64,000 nt of DNA from NCBI GenBank assembly GCA_964057225.1, contig OZ059894.1, positions 1,488,001 to 1,552,000 of the forward strand. Direction: 5' to 3'. Below, in pieces: positions 25,401 through 41,600 of the stretch (position 1 is the first letter of the stretch; every line of letters begins with the position of its first letter). The stretch is from Auanema rhodensis (lineage: Eukaryota > Animalia > Nematoda). The notes beneath the pieces were generated by a model. That model had not been told where the DNA came from and searched no databases. It saw only the letters and a program-made list of their open reading frames with translations. Both the position numbers and the translations under genes were made by a program.

Positions 25401-28400
25401 AAAATGATGCATTAGTGTATGTTGAGTTTCCATGTACACTCAACATAGCTTCCAAAAACATTTTGACAAAAATTTTTTCGAAAAATTTCAAAATAATTTA
25501 GCAGAAAGTAGATGTTTTTAGATTCCTTTTTTTAAGGCAAAGACGATGGACAATGTTATTCAACGAAAAAATTAATTCTTCAGGGTGAAAATCGAGGATA
25601 TAAGTGTGAACTTATATCAGTTGATATCTCGGTGCATTTTTAAGCTAGCGCAAATCTGATAACACAGATCGACGCAGCTTGAAAATCCGCATCGAATGCA
25701 CTATACTACATTGAGGAACGCTTAATACAAAAATTAGTTATGATCGTTTGAAAAATGATGCATTAGTGTATGTTGAGTTTCCATGTACACTCAACATAGC
25801 TTCCAAAAACATTTTGACAAAAATTTTTTCGAAAAATTTCAAAATAATTTAGCAGAAAGTAGATGTTTTTAGATTCCTTTTTTTAAGGCAAAGACGATGG
25901 ACAATGTTATTCAACGGAAAAATTAATTCTTCAGGGTGAAAATCGAGGATATAAGTGTTAACTTATATCAGTTGATATCTCGGTGCATTTTTAAGCTAGC
26001 GCAAATTTGATAACACAGATCGACGCAGCTTGAAAATCCGCATCGAATGCACTATACTACATTGAGGAACGCTTAATACAAAAATTAGTTATGATCGTTT
26101 GAAAAATGATGCATTAGTGTATGTTGAGTTTCCATGTACACTCAACATAGCTTCCAAAAACATTTTGACAAAAATTTTTTCGAAAAATTTCAAAATAATT
26201 TAGCAGAAAGTAGATGTTTTTAGATTCCTTTTTTTAAGGCAAAGACGATGGACAATGTTATTCAACGGAAAAATTAATTCTTCAGGGTGAAAATCGAAGA
26301 TATAAGTGTTAACTTATATCAGTTGATATCTCGGTGCATTTTTAAGCTAGCGCAAATTTGATAACACAGATCGACGCAGCTTGAAAATCCGCATCGAATG
26401 CACTATACTACATTGAGGAACGCTTAATACAAAAATTAGTTATGATCGTTTGAAAAATGATGCATTAGTGTATGTTGAGTTTCCATGTACACTCAACATA
26501 GCTTCCAAAAACATTTTGACAAAAATTTTTTCGAAAAATTTCAAAATAATTTAGCAGAAAGTAGATGTTTTTAGATTCCTTTTTTTAAGGCAAAGACGAT
26601 GGACAATGTTATTCAACGAAAAAATTAATTCTTCAGGGTGAAAATCGAGGATATAAGTGTGAACTTATATCAGTTGATATCTCGGTGCATTTTTAAGCTA
26701 GCGCAAATCTGATAACACAGATCGACGCAGCTTGAAAATCCGCATCGAATGCACTATACTACATTGAGGAACGCTTAATACAAAAATTAGTTATGATCGT
26801 TTGAAAAATGATGCATTAGTGTATGTTGAGTTTCCATGTACACTCAACATAGCTTCCAAAAACATTTTGACAAAAATTTTTTCGAAAAATTTCAAAATAA
26901 TTTAGCAGAAAGTAGATGTTTTTAGATTCCTTTTTTTAAGGCAAAGACGATGGACAATGTTATTCAACGGAAAAATTAATTCTTCAGGGTGAAAATCGAG
27001 GATATAAGTGTTAACTTATATCAGTTGATATCTCGGTGCATTTTTAAGCTAGCGCAAATTTGATAACACAGATCGACGCAGCTTGAAAATCCGCATCGAA
27101 TGCACTATACTACATTGAGGAACGCTTAATACAAAAATTAGTTATGATCGTTTGAAAAATGATGCATTAGTGTATGTTGAGTTTCCATGTACACTCAACA
27201 TAGCTTCCAAAAACATTTTGACAAAATTTTTTTCGAAAAATTTCAAAATAATTTAGCAGAAAGTAGATGTTTTTAGATTCCTTTTTTTAAGGCAAAGACG
27301 ATGGACAATGTTATTCAACGAAAAAATTAATTCTTCAGGGTGAAAATCGAGGATATAAGTGTGAACTTATATCAGTTGATATCTCGGTGCATTTTTAAGC
27401 TAGCGCAAATCTGATAACACAGATCGACGCAGCTTGAAAATCCGCATCGAATGCACTATACTACATTGAGGAACGCTTAATACAAAAATTAGTTATGATC
27501 GTTTGAAAAATGATGCATTAGTGTATGTTGAGTTTCCATGTACACTCAACATAGCTTCCAAAAACATTTTGACAAAAATTTTTTCGAAAAATTTCAAAAT
27601 AATTTAGCAGAAAGTAGATGTTTTTAGTTTCCTTTTTTTAAGGCAAAGACGATGGACAATGTTATTCAACGGAAAAATTAATTCTTCAGGGTGAAAATCG
27701 AAGATATAAGTGTTAACTTATATCAGTTGATATCTCGGTGCATTTTTAAGCTAGCGCAAATTTGATAACACAGATCGACGCAGCTTGAAAATCCGCATCG
27801 AATGCACTATACTACATTGAGGAACGCTTAATACAAAAATTAGTTATGATCGTTTGAAAAATGATGCATTAGTGTATGTTGAGTTTCCATGTACACTCAA
27901 CATAGCTTCCAAAAACATTTTGACAAAAATTTTTTCGAAAAATTTCAAAATAATTTAGCAGAAAGTAGATGTTTTTAGATTCCTTTTTTTAAGGCAAAGA
28001 CGATGGACAATGTTATTCAACGAAAAAATTAATTCTTCAGGGTGAAAATCGAGGATATAAGTGTGAACTTATATCAGTTGATATCTCGGTGCATTTTTAA
28101 GCTAGCGCAAATCTGATAACACAGATCGACGCAGCTTGAAAATCCGCAACGAATGCACTATACTACTTTGAGAAACGCTTAATACAAAAATTAGTTATGA
28201 TCGTTTGAAAAATGATGCATTAGTGTATGTTGAGTTTCCATGTACACTCAACATAGCTTCCAAAAACATTTTGACAAAATTTTTTTCGAAAAATTTCAAA
28301 ATAATTTAGCAGAAAGTAGATGTTTTTAGATTCCTTTTTTTAAGGCAAAGACGACGGACAATGTTATTCAACGAAAAAATTAATTCTTCAGGGTGAAAAT

Positions 28401-31400
28401 CGAGGATATAAGTGTGAACTTATATCAGTTGATATCTCGGTGCATTTTAAAGCTAGCGCAAATCTGATAACACAGATCGACGCAGCTTGAGAATCCGCAT
28501 CGAATGCACTATACTACATTGAGGAACGCTTAATACAAAAATTAGTTATGATCGTTTGAAAAATGATGCATTAGTGTATGTTGAGTTTCCATGTACACTC
28601 AACATAGCTTCCAAAAACATTTTGACAAAAATTTTTTCAAAAAATTTCAAAATAATTTAGCAGAAAGTAGATGTTTTTAGATTCCTTTTTTTAAGGCAAA
28701 GACGATGGACAATGTTATTCAACGGAAAAATTAATTCTTCAGGGTGAAAATCGAGGATATAAGTGTTAACTTATATCAGTTGATATCTCGGTGCATTTTT
28801 AAGCTAGCGCAAATTTGATAACACAGATCGACGCAGCTTGAAAATCCGCATCGAATGCACTATACTACATTGAGGAACGCTTAATACAAAAATTAGTTAT
28901 GATCGTTTGAAAAATGATGCATTAGTGTATGTTGAGTTTCCATGTACACTCAACATAGCTTCCAAAAACATTTTGACAAAAATTTTTTCGAAAAATTTCA
29001 AAATAATTTAGCAGAAAGTAGATGTTTTTAGATTCCTTTTTTTAAGGCAAAGACGATGGACAATGTTATTCAACGAAAAAATTAATTCTTCAGGGTGAAA
29101 ATCGAGGATATAAGTGTGAACTTATATCAGTTGATATCTCGGTGCATTTTTAAGCTAGCGCAAATCTGATAACACAGATCGACGCAGCTTGAAAATCCGC
29201 ATCGAATGCACTATACTACATTGAGGAACGCTTAATACAAAAATTAGTTATGATCGTTTGAAAAATGATGCATTAGTGTATGTTGAGTTTCCATGTACAC
29301 TCAACATAGCTTCCAAAAACATTTTGACAAAAATTTTTTCGAAAAATTTCAAAATAATTTAGCAGAAAGTAGATGTTTTTAGATTCCTTTTTTTAAGGCA
29401 AAGACGACGGACAATGTTATTCAACGAAAAAATTAATTCTTCAGGGTGAAAATCGAGGATATAAGTGTGAACTTATATCAGTTGATATCTCGGTGCATTT
29501 TTAAGCTAGCGCAAATCTGATAACACAGATCGACGCAGCTTGAAAATCCGCATCGAATGCACTATACTACATTGAGGAACGCTTGATACAAAAATTAGTT
29601 ATTATCGTTTGAAAAATGATGCATTAGTGTATGTTGAGTTTCCATGTACACTCAACATAGCTTCCAAAAACATTTTGACAAAAATTTTTTCGAAAAATTT
29701 CAAAATAATTTAGCAGAAAGTAGATGTTTTTAGATTCCTTTTTTTAAGGCAAAGACGATGGACAATGTTATTCAACGAAAAAATTAATTCTTCAGGGTGA
29801 AAATCGAGGATATAAGTGTGAACTTATATCAGTTGATATCTCGGTGCATTTTTAAGCTAGCGCAAATCTGATAACACAGATCGACGCAGCTTGAAAATCC
29901 GCATCGAATGCACTATACTACATTGAGGAACGCTTAATACAAAAATTAGTTATGATCGTTTGAAAAATGATGCATTAGTGTATGTTGAGTTTCCATGTAC
30001 ACTCAACATAGCTTCCAAAAACATTTTGACAAAAATTTTTTCGAAAAATTTCAAAATAATTTAGCAGAAAGTAGATGTTTTTAGATTCCTTTTTTTAAGG
30101 CAAAGACGATGGACAATGTTATTCAACGGAAAAATTAATTCTTCAGGGTGAAAATCGAGGATATAAGTGTTAACTTATATCAGTTGATATCTCGGTGCAT
30201 TTTTAAGCTAGCGCAAATTTGATAACACAGATCGACGCAGCTTGAAAATCCGCATCGAATGCACTATACTACATTGAGGAACGCTTAATACAAAAATTAG
30301 TTATGATCGTTTGAAAAATGATGCATTAGTGTATGTTGAGTTTCCATGTACACTCAACATAGCTTCCAAAAACATTTTGACAAAAATTTTTTCGAAAAAT
30401 TTCAAAATAATTTAGCAGAAAGTAGATGTTTTTAGATTCCTTTTTTTAAGGCAAAGACGATGGACAATGTTATTCAACGGAAAAATTAATTCTTCAGGGT
30501 GAAAATCGAGGATATAAGTGTTAACTTATATCAGTTGATATCTCGGTGCATTTTTAAGCTAGCGCAAATTTGATAACACAGATCGACGCAGCTTGAAAAT
30601 CCGCATCGAATGCACTATACTACATTGAGGAACGCTTAATACAAAAATTAGTTATGATCGTTTGAAAAATGATGCATTAGTGTATGTTGAGTTTCCATGT
30701 ACACTCAACATAGCTTCCAAAAACATTTTGACAAAAATTTTTTCGAAAAATTTCAAAATAATTTAGCAGAAAGTAGATGTTTTTAGATTCCTTTTTTTAA
30801 GGCAAAGACGATGGACAATGTTATTCAACGAAAAAATTAATTCTTCAGGGTGAAAATCGAGGATATAAGTGTTAACTTATATCAGTTGATATCTCGGTGC
30901 ATTTTTAAGCTAGCGCAAATTTGATAACACAGATCGACGCAGCTTGAAAATCCGCATCGAATGCACTATACTACATTGAGGAACGCTTAATACAAAAATT
31001 AGTTATGATCGTTTGAAAAATGATGCATTAGTGTATGTTGAGTTTCCATGTACACTCAACATAGCTTCCAAAAACATTTTGACAAAAATTTTTTCGAAAA
31101 ATTTCAAAATAATTTAGCAGAAAGTAGATGTTTTTAGATTCCTTTTTTTAAGGCAAAGACGATGGACAATGTTATTCAACGAAAAAATTAATTCTTCAGG
31201 GTGAAAATCGAGGATATAAGTGTGAACTTATATCAGTTGATATCTCGGTGCATTTTTAAGCTAGCGCAAATCTGATAACACAGATCGACGCAGCTTGAAA
31301 ATCCGCATCGAATGCACTATACTACATTGAGGAACGCTTAATACAAAAATTAGTTATGATCGTTTGAAAAATGATGCATTAGTGTATGTTGAGTTTCCAT

Positions 31401-34400
31401 GTACACTCAACATAGCTTCCAAAAACATTTTGACAAAAATTTTTTCGAAAAATTTCAAAATAATTTAGCAGAAAGTAGATGTTTTTAGATTCCTTTTTTT
31501 AAGGCAAAGACGACGGACAATGTTATTCAACGAAAAAATTAATTCTTCAGGGTGAAAATCGAGGATATAAGTGTGAACTTATATCAGTTGATATCTCGGT
31601 GCATTTTTAAGCTAGCGCAAATCTGATAACACAGATCGACGCAGCTTGAAAATCCGCATCGAATGCACTATACTACATTGAGGAACGCTTGATACAAAAA
31701 TTAGTTATTATCGTTTGAAAAATGATGCATTAGTGTATGTTGAGTTTCCATGTACACTCAACATAGCTTCCAAAAACATTTTGACAAAAATTTTTTCGAA
31801 AAATTTCAAAATAATTTAGCAGAAAGTAGATGTTTTTAGATTCCTTTTTTTAAGGCAAAGACGATGGACAATGTTATTCAACGAAAAAATTAATTCTTCA
31901 GGGTGAAAATCGAGGATATAAGTGTGAACTTATATCAGTTGATAACTCGGTGCATTTTTAAGCTAGCGCAAATTTGATAACACAGATCGACGCAGCTTGA
32001 AAATCCGCATCGAATGCACTATACTACATTGAGGAACGCTTGATACAAAAATTAGTTATTATCGTTTGAAAAATGATGCATTAGTGTATGTTGAGTTTCC
32101 ATGTACACTCAACATAGCTTCCAAAAACATTTTGACAAAAATTTTTTCGAAAAATTTCAAAATAATTTAGCAGAAAGTAGATGTTTTTAGATTCCTTTTT
32201 TTAAGGCAAAGACGATGGACAATGTTATTCAACGAAAAAATTAATTCTTCAGGGTGAAAATCGAGGATATAAGTGTGAACTTATATCAGTTGATATCTCG
32301 GTGCATTTTTAAGCTAGCGCAAATCTGATAACACAGATCGACGCAGCTTGAAAATCCGCATCGAATGCACTATACTACATTGAGGAACGCTTAATACAAA
32401 AATTAGTTATGATCGTTTGAAAAATGATGCATTAGTGTATGTTGAGTTTCCATGTACACTCAACATAGCTTCCAAAAACATTTTGACAAAAATTTTTTCG
32501 AAAAATTTCAAAATAATTTAGCAGAAAGTAGATGTTTTTAGATTCCTTTTTTTAAGGCAAAGACGACGGACAATGTTATTCAACGAAAAAATTAATTCTT
32601 CAGGGTGAAAATCGAGGATATAAGTGTGAACTTATATCAGTTGATATCTCGGTGCATTTTTAAGCTAGCGCAAATCTGATAACACAGATCGACGCAGCTT
32701 GAAAATCCGCATCGAATGCACTATACTACATTGAGGAACGCTTGATACAAAAATTAGTTATTATCGTTTGAAAAATGATGCATTAGTGTATGTTGAGTTT
32801 CCATGTACACTCAACATAGCTTCCAAAAACATTTTGACAAAAATTTTTTCGAAAAATTTCAAAATAATTTAGCAGAAAGTAGATGTTTTTAGATTCCTTT
32901 TTTTAAGGCAAAGACGATGGACAATGTTATTCAACGAAAAAATTAATTCTTCAGGGTGAAAATCGAGGATATAAGTGTGAACTTATATCAGTTGATATCT
33001 CGGTGCATTTTTAAGCTAGCGCAAATCTGATAACACAGATCGACGCAGCTTGAAAATCCGCATCGAATGCACTATACTACATTGAGGAACGCTTAATACA
33101 AAAATTAGTTATGATTGTTTGAAAAATGATGCATTAGTGTATGTTGAGTTTCCATGTACACTCAACATAGCTTCCAAAAACATTTTGACAAAAATTTTTT
33201 CGAAAAATTTCAAAATAATTTAGCAGAAAGTAGATGTTTTTAGATTCCTTTTTTTAAGGCAAAGACGACGGACAATGTTATTCAACGAAAAAATTAATTC
33301 TTCAGGGTGAAAATCGAGGATATAAGTGTGAACTTATATCAGTTGATATCTCGGTGCATTTTTAAGCTAGCGCAAATCTGATAACACAGATCGACGCAGC
33401 TTGAAAATCCGCATCGAATGCACTATACTACATTGAGGAACGCTTAATACAAAAATTAGTTATGATTGTTTGAAAAATGATGCATTAGTGTATGTTGAGT
33501 TTCCATGTACACTCAACATAGCTTCCAAAAACATTTTGACAAAAATTTTTTCGAAAAATTTCAAAATAATTTAGCAGAAAGTAGATGTTTTTAGATTCCT
33601 TTTTTTAAGGCAAAGACGACGGACAATGTTATTCAACGAAAAAATTAATTCTTCAGGGTGAAAATCGAGGATATAAGTGTGAACTTATATCAGTTGATAT
33701 CTCGGTGCATTTTTAAGCTAGCGCAAATCTGATAACACAGATCGACGCAGCTTGAAAATCCGCATCGAATGCACTATACTACATTGAGGAACGCTTAATA
33801 CAAAAATTAGTTATGATTGTTTGAAAAATGATGCATTAGTGTATGTTGAGTTTCCATGTACACTCAACATAGCTTCCAAAAACATTTTGACAAAAATTTT
33901 TTCGAAAAATTTCAAAATAATTTAGCAGAAAGTAGATGTTTTTAGATTCCTTTTTTTAAGGCAAAGACGACGGACAATGTTATTCAACGAAAAAATTAAT
34001 TCTTCAGGGTGAAAATCGAGGATATAAGTGTGAACTTATATCAGTTGATATCTCGGTGCATTTTTAAGCTAGCGCAAATCTGATAACACAGATCGACGCA
34101 GCTTGAAAATCCGCATCGAATGCACTATACTACATTGAGGAACGCTTGATACAAAAATTAGTTATTATCGTTTGAAAAATGATGCATTAGTGTATGTTGA
34201 GTTTCCATGTACACTCAACATAGCTTCCAAAAACATTTTGACAAAAATTTTTTCGAAAAATTTCAAAATAATTTAGCAGAAAGTAGATGTTTTTAGATTC
34301 CTTTTTTTAAGGCAAAGACGACGGACAATGTTATTCAACGAAAAAATTAATTCTTCAGGGTGAAAATCGAGGATATAAGTGTGAACTTATATCAGTTGAT

Positions 34401-37400
34401 ATCTCGGTGCATTTTTAAGCTAGCGCAAATCTGATAACACAGATCGACGCAGCTTGAAAATCCGCATCGAATGCACTATACTACATTGAGGAACGCTTGA
34501 TACAAAAATTAGTTATTATCGTTTGAAAAATGATGCATTAGTGTATGTTGAGTTTCCATGTACACTCAACATAGCTTCCAAAAACATTTTGACAAAAATT
34601 TTTTCGAAAAATTTCAAAATAATTTAGCAGAAAGTAGATGTTTTTAGATTCCTTTTTTTAAGGCAAAGACGATGGACAATGTTATTCAACGAAAAAATTA
34701 ATTCTTCAGGGTGAAAATCGAGGATATAAGTGTGAACTTATATCAGTTGATATCTCGGTGCATTTTTAAGCTAGCGCAAATCTGATAACACAGATCGACG
34801 CAGCTTGAAAATCCGCATCGAATGCACTATACTACATTGAGGAACGCTTAATACAAAAATTAGTTATGATTGTTTGAAAAATGATGCATTAGTGTATGTT
34901 GAGTTTCCATGTACACTCAACATAGCTTCCAAAAACATTTTGACAAAAATTTTTTCGAAAAATTTCAAAATAATTTAGCAGAAAGTAGATGTTTTTAGAT
35001 TCCTTTTTTTAAGGCAAAGACGATGGACAATGTTATTCAACGAAAAAATTAATTCTTCAGGGTGAAAATCGAGGATATAAGTGTGAACTTATATCAGTTG
35101 ATATCTCGGTGCATTTTTAAGCTAGCGCAAATCTGATAACACAGATCGACGCAGCTTAAAAATCCGCATCGAATGCACTATACTACTTTGAGAAACGCTT
35201 AATACAAAAATTAGTTATGATCGTTTGAAAAATGATGCATTAGTGTATGTTGAGTTTCCATGTACACTCAACATAGCTTCCAAAAACATTTTGACAAAAT
35301 TTTTTTCGAAAAATTTCAAAATAATTTAGCAGAAAGTAGATGTTTTTAGATTCCTTTTTTTGAGGCAAAGACGACGGACAATGTTATTCAACGAAAAAAT
35401 TAATTCTTCAGGGTGAAAATCGAGGATATAAGTGTGAACTTATATCAGTTGATATCTCGGTGCATTTTTAAGCTAGCGCAAATCTGATAACACAGATCGA
35501 CGCAGCTTGAAAATCCGCATCGAATGCACTATACTACATTGAGGAACGCTTAATACAAAAATTAGTTATGATCGTTTGAAAAATGATGCATTAGTGTATG
35601 TTGAGTTTCCATGTACACTCAACATAGCTTCCAAAAACATTTTGACAAAAATTTTTTCGAAAAATTTCAAAATAATTTAGCAGAAAGTAGATGTTTTTAG
35701 ATTCCTTTTTTTAAGGCAAAGATGATGGACAATGTTATTCAACGAAAAAATTAATTCTTCAGGGTGAAAATCGAGGATATAAGTGTGAACTTATATCAGT
35801 TGATATCTCGGTGCATTTTTAAGCTAGCGCAAATCTGATAACACAGATCGACGCAGCTTGAAAATCCGCATCGAATGCACTATACTACATTGAGGAACGC
35901 TTAATACAAAAATTAGTTATGATCGTTTGAAAAATGATGCATTAGTGTATGTTGAGTTTCCATGTACACTCAACATAGCTTCCAAAAACATTTTGACAAA
36001 AATTTTTTCGAAAATTTTCAAAATAATTTAGCAGAAAGTAGATGTTTTTAGATTCCTTTTTTTAAGGCAAAGACGATGGACATTGTTATTCAACGAAAAA
36101 ATTAATTCTTCAGGGTGAAAATCGAGGATATAAGTGTGAACTTATATCAGTTGATATCTCGGTGCATTTTTAAGCTAGCGCAAATCTGATAACACAGATC
36201 GACGCAGCTTGAAAATCCGCATCGAATGCACTATACTACATTGAGGAACGCTTAATACAAAAATTAGTTATGATTGTTTGAAAAATGATGCATTAGTGTA
36301 TGTTGAGTTTCCATGTACACTCAACATAGCTTCCAAAAACATTTTGACAAAAATTTTTTCGAAAAATTTCAAAATAATTTAGCAGAAAGTAGATGTTTTT
36401 AGATTCCTTTTTTTAAGGCAAAGACGATGGACAATGTTATTCAACGAAAAAATTAATTCTTCAGGGTGAAAATCGAGGATATAAGTGTGAACTTATATCA
36501 GTTGATATCTCGGTGCATTTTTAAGCTAGCGCAAATCTGATAACACAGATCGACGCAGCTTGAAAATCCGCATCGAATGCACTATACTACATTGAGGAAC
36601 GCTTAATACAAAAACTAGTTATGATCGTTTGAAAAATGATGCATTAGTGTATGTTGAGTTTCCATGTACACTCAACATAGCTTCCAAAAACATTTTGACA
36701 AAAATTTTTTCGAAAATTTTCAAAATAATTTAGCAGAAAGTAGATGTTTTTAGATTCCTTTTTTTAAGGCAAAGACGATGGACATTGTTATTCAACGAAA
36801 AAATTAATTCTTCAGGGTGAAAATCGAGGATATAAGTGTGAACTTATATCAGTTGATATCTCGGTGCATTTTTAAGCTAGCGCAAATCTGATAACACAGA
36901 TCGACGCAGCTTGAAAATCCGCATCGAATGCACTATACTACATTGAGGAACGCTTAATACAAAAATTAGTTATGATTGTTTGAAAAATGATGCATTAGTG
37001 TATGTTGAGTTTCCATGTACACTCAACATAGCTTCCAAAAACATTTTGACAAAAATTTTTTCGAAAAATTTCAAAATAATTTAGCAGAAAGTAGATGTTT
37101 TTAGATTCCTTTTTTTAAGGCAAAGACGATGGACAATGTTATTCAACGAAAAAATTAATTCTTCAGGGTGAAAATCGAGGATATAAGTGTGAACTTATAT
37201 CAGTTGATATCTCGGTGCATTTTTAAGCTAGCGCAAATCTGATAACACAGATCGACGCAGCTTGAAAATCCGCATCGAATGCACTATACTACTTTGAGAA
37301 ACGCTTAATACAAAAATTAGTTATGATCGTTTGAAAAATGATGCATTAGTGTATGTTGAGTTTCCATGTACACTCAACATAGCTTCCAAAAACATTTTGA

Positions 37401-38612
37401 CAAAATTTTTTTCGAAAAATTTCAAAATAATTTAGCAGAAAGTAGATGTTTTTAGATTCCTTTTTTTGAGGCAAAGACGACGGACAATGTTATTCAACGA
37501 AAAAATTAATTCTTCAGGGTGATCATCGAGGATATAAGTGTGAACTTATATCAGTTGATATCTCGGTGCATTTTTAAGCTAGCGCAAATCTGATAACACA
37601 GATCGACGCAGCTTGAAAATCCGCATCGAATGCACTATACTACATTGAGGAACGCTTAATACAAAAATTAGTTATGATCGTTTGAAAAATGATGCATTAG
37701 TGTATGTTGAGTTTCCATGTACACTCAACATAGCTTCCAAAAACATTTTGACAAAAATTTTTTCGAAAATTTTCAAAATAATTTAGCAGAAAGTAGATGT
37801 TTTTAGATTCCTTTTTTTAAGGCAAAGACGATGGACATTGTTATTCAACGAAAAAATTAATTCTTCAGGGTGAAAATCGAGGATATAAGTGTGAACTTAT
37901 ATCAGTTGATATCTCGGTGCATTTTTAAGCTAGCGCAAATCTGATAACACAGATCGACGCAGCTTGAAAATCCGCATCGAATGCACTATACTACATTGAG
38001 GAACGCTTAATACAAAAATTAGTTATGATCGTTTGAAATATGATGCATTAGTGTATGTTGAGTTTCCATGTACACTCAACATAGCTTCCAAAAACATTTT
38101 GACAAAAATTTTTTCGAAAAATTTCAAAATAATTTAGCAGAAAGTAGATGTTTTTAGATTCCTTTTTTTAAGGCAAAGACGATGGACAATGTTATTCAAC
38201 GAAAAAATTAATTCTTCAGGGTGAAAATCGAGGATATAAGTGTGAACTTATATCAGTTGATATCTCGGTGCATTTTTAAGCTAGCGCAAATTTGATAACA
38301 CAGATCGACGCAGCTTGAAAATCCGCATCGAATGCACTATACTACATTGAGGAACGCTTAATACAAAAATTAGTTATGATCGTTTGAAAAATGATGCATT
38401 AGTGTATGTTGAGTTTCCATGTACACTCAACATAGCTTCCAAAAACATTTTGACAAAAATTTTTTCGAAAAATTTCAAAATAATTTAGCAGAAAGTAGAT
38501 GTTTTTAGATTCCTTTTTTTAAGGCAAAGACGATGGACAATGTTATTCAACGAAAAAATTAATTCTTCAGGGTGAAAATCGAGGATATAAGTGTGAACTT
38601 ATATCAGTTGAT

Positions 38613-41600
38613 ATCTCGGTGCATTTTTAAGCTAGCGCAAATCTGATAACACAGATCGACGCAGCTTGAAAATCCGCATCGAATGCACTATACTACTTTG
38701 AGAAACGCTTAATACAAAAATTAGTTATGATCGTTTGAAAAATGATGCATTAGTGTATGTTGAGTTTCCATGTACACTCAACATAGCTTCCAAAAACATT
38801 TTGACAAAAATTTTTTCGAAAAATTTCAAAATAATTTAGCAGAAAGTAGATGTTTTTAGATTCCTTTTTTTAAGGCAAAGACGACGGACAATGTTATTCA
38901 ACGAAAAAATTAATTCTTCAGGGTGAAAATCGAGGATATAAGTGTGAACTTATATCAGTTGATATCTCGGTGCATTTTTAAGCTAGCGCAAATCTGATAA
39001 CACAGATCGACGCAGCTTGAAAATCCGCATCGAATGCACTATACTACATTGAGGAACGCTTAATACAAAAATTAGTTATGATCGTTTGAAAAATGATGCA
39101 TTAGTGTATGTTGAGTTTCCATGTACACTCAACATAGCTTCCAAAAACATTTTGACAAAAATTTTTTCGAAAAATTTCAAAATAATTTAGCAGAAAGTAG
39201 ATGTTTTTAGATTCCTTTTTTTAAGGCAAAGACGATGGACAATGTTATTCAACGAAAAAATTAATTCTTCAGGGTGAAAATCGAGGATATAAGTGTGAAC
39301 TTATATCAGTTGATATCTCGGTGCATTTTTAAGCTAGCGCAAATCTGATAACACAGATCGACGCAGCTTGAAAATCCGCATCGAATGCACTATACTACAT
39401 TGAGGAACGCTTAATACAAAAATTAGTTATGATCGTTTGAAATATGATGCATTAGTGTATGTTGAGTTTCCATGTACACTCAACATAGCTTCCAAAAACA
39501 TTTTGACAAAAATTTTTTCGAAAAATTTCAAAATAATTTAGCAGAAAGTAGATGTTTTTAGATTCCTTTTTTTAAGGCAAAGACGATGGACAATGTTATT
39601 CAACGAAAAAATTAATTCTTCAGGGTGAAAATCGAGGATATAAGTGTGAACTTATATCAGTTGATATCTCGGTGCATTTTTAAGCTAGCGCAAATTTGAT
39701 AACACAGATCGACGCAGCTTGAAAATCCGCATCGAATGCACTATACTACATTGAGGAACGCTTAATACAAAAATTAGTTATGATCGTTTGAAAAATGATG
39801 CATTAGTGTATGTTGAGTTTCCATGTACACTCAACATAGCTTCCAAAAACATTTTGACAAAAATTTTTTCGAAAAATTTCAAAATAATTTAGCAGAAAGT
39901 AGATGTTTTTAGATTCCTTTTTTTAAGGCAAAGACGATGGACAATGTTATTCAACGAAAAAATTAATTCTTCAGGGTGAAAATCGAGGATATAAGTGTGA
40001 ACTTATATCAGTTGATATCTCGGTGCATTTTTAAGCTAGCGCAAATCTGATAACACAGATCGACGCAGTTTGAAAATCCGCATCGAATGCACTATACTAC
40101 TTTGAGAAACGCTTAATACAAAAATTAGTTATGATCGTTTGAAAAATGATGCATTAGTGTATGTTGAGTTTCCATGTACACTCAACATAGCTTCCAAAAA
40201 CATTTTGACAAAATTTTTTTCAAAAAATTTCAAAATAATTTAGCAGAAAGTAGATGTTTTTAGATTCCTTTTTTTAAGGCAAAGACGACGGACAATGTTA
40301 TTCAACGAAAAAATTAATTCTTCAGGGTGAAAATCGAGGATATAAGTGTGAACTTATATCAGTTGATATCTCGGTGCATTTTTAAGCTAGCGCAAATCTG
40401 ATAACACAGATCGACGCAGCTTGAAAATCCGCATCGAATGCACTATACTACATTGAGGAACGCTTAATACAAAAATTAGTTATGATCGTTTGAAAAATGA
40501 TGCATTAGTGTATGTTGAGTTTCCATGTACACTTAACATAGCTTCCAAAAACATTTTGACAAAAATTTTTTCGAAAAATTTCAAAATAATTTAGCAGAAA
40601 GTAGATGTTTTTAGATTCCTTTTTTTAAGGCAAAGACGATGGACAATGTTATTCAACGAAAAAATTAATTCTTCAGGGTGAAAATCGAGAATATAAGTGT
40701 GAACTTATATCAGTTGATATCTCGGTGCATTTTTAAGCTAGCGCAAATCTGATAACACAGATCGACGCAGCTTGAAAATCCGCATCGAATGCACTATACT
40801 ACATTGAGGAACGCTTAATACAAAAATTAGTTATGATCGTTTGAAAAATGATGCATTAGTGTATGTTGAGTTTCCATGTACACTCAACATAGCTTCCAAA
40901 AACATTTTGACAAAAATTTTTTCGAAAAATTTCAAAATAATTTAGCAGAAAGTAGATGTTTTTAGATTCCTTTTTTTAAGGCAAAGACGATGGACAATGT
41001 TATTCAACGAAAAAATTAATTCTTCAGGGTGAAAATCGAGGATATAAGTGTGAACTTATATCAGTTGATATCTCGGTGCATTTTTAAGCTAGCGCAAATC
41101 TGATAACACAGATCGACGCAGCTTGAAAATCCGCATCGAATGCACTATACTACTTTGAGAAACGCTTAATACAAAAATTAGTTATGATCGTTTGAAAAAT
41201 GATGCATTAGTGTATGTTGAGTTTCCATGTACACTCAACATAGCTTCCAAAAACATTTTGACAAAATTTTTTTCAAAAAATTTCAAAATAATTTAGCAGA
41301 AAGTAGATGTTTTTAGATTCCTTTTTTTAAGGCAAAGACGACGGACAATGTTATTCAACGAAAAAATTAATTCTTCAGGGTGAAAATCGAGGATATAAGT
41401 GTGAACTTATATCAGTTGATATCTCGGTGCATTTTTAAGCTAGCGCAAATCTGATAACACAGATCGACGCAGCTTGAAAATCCGCATCGAATGCACTATA
41501 CTACTTTGAGAAACGCTTAATACAAAAATTAGTTATGATCGTTTGAAAAATGATGCATTAGTGTATGTTGAGTTTCCATGTACACTCAACATAGCTTCCA